This document shows, in pieces, positions 61,138 to 64,000 of a stretch of 64,000 nt of DNA. The DNA is from Flaccisagitta enflata (lineage: Eukaryota). Position numbers and translations under genes: made by a program. Numbering within the stretch: position 1 is the stretch's first letter; every line of letters starts with the position of its first letter. The notes under the pieces are model-generated. The model did not search any database, had not been told where the DNA came from, and saw only the letters and a program-made list of their open reading frames with translations. Location of the stretch: the NCBI GenBank assembly GCA_965153355.1, contig OZ231126.1:24118001-24182000 (forward strand), written 5' to 3'.

Positions 61138-63494
61138 AAAGGATTAGGGAAAGAAAGGATCAACGACCGCTTTATTCATGTCTCATCTGCTTTTACTATA
61201 AAGGATATCATATTCAGTTGATTATGCACCATTGCTTAATTTCGGTATATTTCATTACAACTGTTGCATTAAGCGGGGCAATTAGGATATGCTTTTCAGT
61301 CGCGTGCACGCAACTCTATACCTAGTAGGTACCTAGTAGGTCAGTCAGTATAACTTTAACTTTTTGGCGTTTATGAGGTTTCTTGGTCACAGATGCCGCC
61401 TCCCCCAAACCACGCGAAGGGGTCGCCGTATATCCAGCCTCTTTTGGGTCGAGCCTCTTTAGGTCGGAAGCGTTTCCGAACCACCCAGTTTATTCTAGAC
61501 TTCCAGCGATTTGCTCCTGAAGCATCTTTGTTGCTATGAGAGGTTTTGTAATTGTTCGACCTAGTTGATGTTGGCGTATATTTATATAACTGTGTGTTTG
61601 ATGTAAGTGCTTATGTTGTTGCGCAAGTGAGGTTCTGTCATCTCTCTCTCTCTCTCTCTCTCTCTTTCCGGCGTCGTTCTCTTTTGTTTTATCACTTTCG
61701 TGATCTTTCCCTTGTCCCCTGTCGGTGCTTTCAAGTCGTTATTGTCTCTTAAAAGCCTTTTTTCGGTTGTACGCTTGGCTTTTTCTTCCGGCGCCACTGA
61801 CGAGGCCAACAAGGAGCTGCTTTTTTTTTCTCGTCGTCCGACATTAACGCCGGTCATACCGATGCTGCTTCCACCGACTACGTGGGCACTTCCGTCGTCG
61901 CTTCTACTGACGCTCGCCACTGCGTTCGTTACTACCGCTACCAAACCTACCATCGTTCCATCTGCTTCCAACGCTTCCACTTCACTTTTTTTGTCCATTC
62001 ACACCGCTGGTTCTGCCACCGAGTCTGTCACCGCTTCCAATGCATCTGCTGCTTCCGTCACTGCTTCAGCCAAATCTGCCGCTTCTGCCACTTCTGTCGC
62101 CGCTTCCACTGACACTTTCTGTCGTCGATTCCACTGACACTTTCTGTCGTCAATTTCGCGCCAGTTTTCCGCCACTAAGCTGACGTTTTCGCGCCGAGTC
62201 TCCATTTATCTTCCGCTTTTACTCACCTTTTCCGCTTTTCAAAGACCCGCTTCAGGGAAAAGTTTCGTGCAACATTTTCCGTCCGGCGCCGGCTTCACCA
62301 TCGGCTTCACCATCAACGTCGGCGTCACCATCATCTGGTCACCATTTACCATAAAACCACCCTGACTGGTGATAAAATTGACGGATCATTGGCTACCCAC
62401 TGCATTAACTTTGTGACTTCTTCATTAGGTATCACTTACTAATTTAGACGACCGCTTCAAGTTACAACTTTATACGATTATTAGATCATTAAAATAACTA
62501 CTTCAGCAGCAGGAGGTAACATTCTTGATCACTGACTCGCCCACCACTTTAAAAATGAACAATGAACTGCCCATTTTAGTACAATAAAACTGGATCAAGT
62601 CAACAACGTAGTGACGTTTTTCTCTCAATCACAAGTGGTAGGCCATCACCTTCCACTCATCCACCCCCACCTCCCTTTCATTCCCCAACCTTCAAAAGTG
62701 AAACCTCTACCGTCATTTTCTTCCCACGGCTATGCGGTCGTGGTAAAGGGGCGGTTTTTCTACTACTACTACTACAGCGCGCCGTCTCTGGGAGGCTTCC
62801 TTCCCCGTTCGGCCGCTTTGGTGTCTTTTATTGACCATAACTGTCACGATAACGCCGTCGGTCGCCGCCAGGATCGCGACTGAACCGCGCCAGCCGAGAT
62901 AATTCTTCACGATATACTAAGAGAGAAACTGAGGAAAGTGAAGAGAGAAACTGATGGCGAAAATAAAGAGGAGGGAGAGGAGGAGGCAGAGAAGGGAAGA
63001 GGTGGAGGCACAAGATAAGGGTAAGCGAAGGTGTTGTCAGGGGACACAGAAGGTGGAGGGAAGAAAGGGAGATGAAGGCTGAATTAGGGGATTGAGAGGG
63101 GGAGGCATAAAGATGGAAAAGATTTTAGGTAGTGGAGGCAGAAAGAAGGTAAGCAGAATTTAGGGAAGTGTTGAGGCAGTATAGGGAGATGGAACTCATG
63201 GGTTAGCAAGGAAAAAGGCAGGCCTCTAGATTTTGGAGCAGCGAGCAGCGCCGCTTCTCGGCAGGGAAAGGGAGATGTTGGCAGGTCCTAAAGGTGCAAG
63301 ATGAAGAAGAAGGTTAGCAGAAGAAGAAGAAGAAGAAGAAGAAGAAGAAGAAGAAGAAAGAAGAAGAAGAAGAAGAATATGAAGTATACATGAAGAAAGA
63401 AAGAAAGAAAGAAAAGACAAAGACAGAGAAGGAGAAGATCGAAATGGAGATGATGGTAATTGCAGTCAGCATTTATATCATTTGCATATTGTAG

Positions 63495-63733
63495 TTTTAC
63501 GATTCGGGCAAATCGCCGTTATTTACTTCCCACCGTTATCCGCGGTGTTCCAATGCGAGCCGTTGAGTTTCGGAGATGTGGTTTATTTAATCTGCATCGC
63601 GTCTTCCGTGTTTTTGATTCACGAAGTCAAGAAACTCGCGTTTGGGGAGAGGAAGGAGAAGTTGGAGTCCGTGTCGTCCAAGTTGGGGGTGAAATTGAGG
63701 TCGACGGATTGGAAGGAGAAGAAGAAGAGGTAG
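63495..63733 (+). CDS. Isolated exon or fragment encoding the C-terminus (end of TM9, TM10, tail) of a secretory-pathway Ca2+/Mn2+ P-type ATPase (SPCA/ATP2C1/SPoCk-like); may be a pseudogenic fragment
   Basis: GQIAVIYFPPLSAVFQCEPLSFGDVVYLICIASSVFLIHEVKK aligns ungapped with the recalled SPCA motif [33 protein letters not shown].KK; frame open to TAG at 63731-63733; candidate acceptor catattgtag| at 63494. Confidence 0.75.
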
Positions 63734-63761
63734 TGAGGTTGGTGAGGATGATGAGGATGAT

Positions 63762-63864
<103 letters not shown>

Positions 63865-64000
63865 AGAAAGAGAGAGAGGAACAAACGGACGACAACGAAC
63901 TGAAGACACAAGACAGGCTGACAAAGACTGACTGACAGAGACAAACGGATGACGAAGACTACTGAGTCTTGATGACAAAGGCGGAGTTACCCGGAGGCAA

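Noticed and set aside
61582-62205. Ala/Ser/Thr-rich ORFs
   Set aside because: Degenerate CCGCTTCCA-type repeats with no recognisable domain

Overview
Repeat-saturated animal (protostome, probably arthropod/crustacean-like) genomic DNA carrying the 5' coding half of an Antennapedia-class Hox gene on the + strand. A short exon missing from the ORF track (29779-29858, MMSSYY...) splices in frame to a 1.4-kb exon (32404-33803) containing an FPRFLPYDR motif and ending IYPWMRSQF-G|gtgagt. I found no homeobox exon in the remaining 30 kb, so most of the window is probably Antp 5' region and intron. Near the right edge, an isolated intact frame (63495-63733) encodes the C-terminus of a SPCA/ATP2C1-type P-type Ca2+/Mn2+ ATPase. 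It sits behind an AG that is phase-compatible with the Antp donor, and I recognised no other exon of that ATPase with confidence. The rest is roughly 30 Helentron/HINE (DINE-1-like) non-autonomous elements of several families that carry different tandem-repeat cargo, Tc1-type, hAT-like, pogo-like and Chapaev-like MITEs (often nested several levels deep), a tRNA-like remnant, and many long microsatellites. Almost all ORFs in the track are microsatellite or repeat artefacts. All homology calls are from recalled motifs, not database searches, and repeat boundaries are approximate unless TSDs are given.
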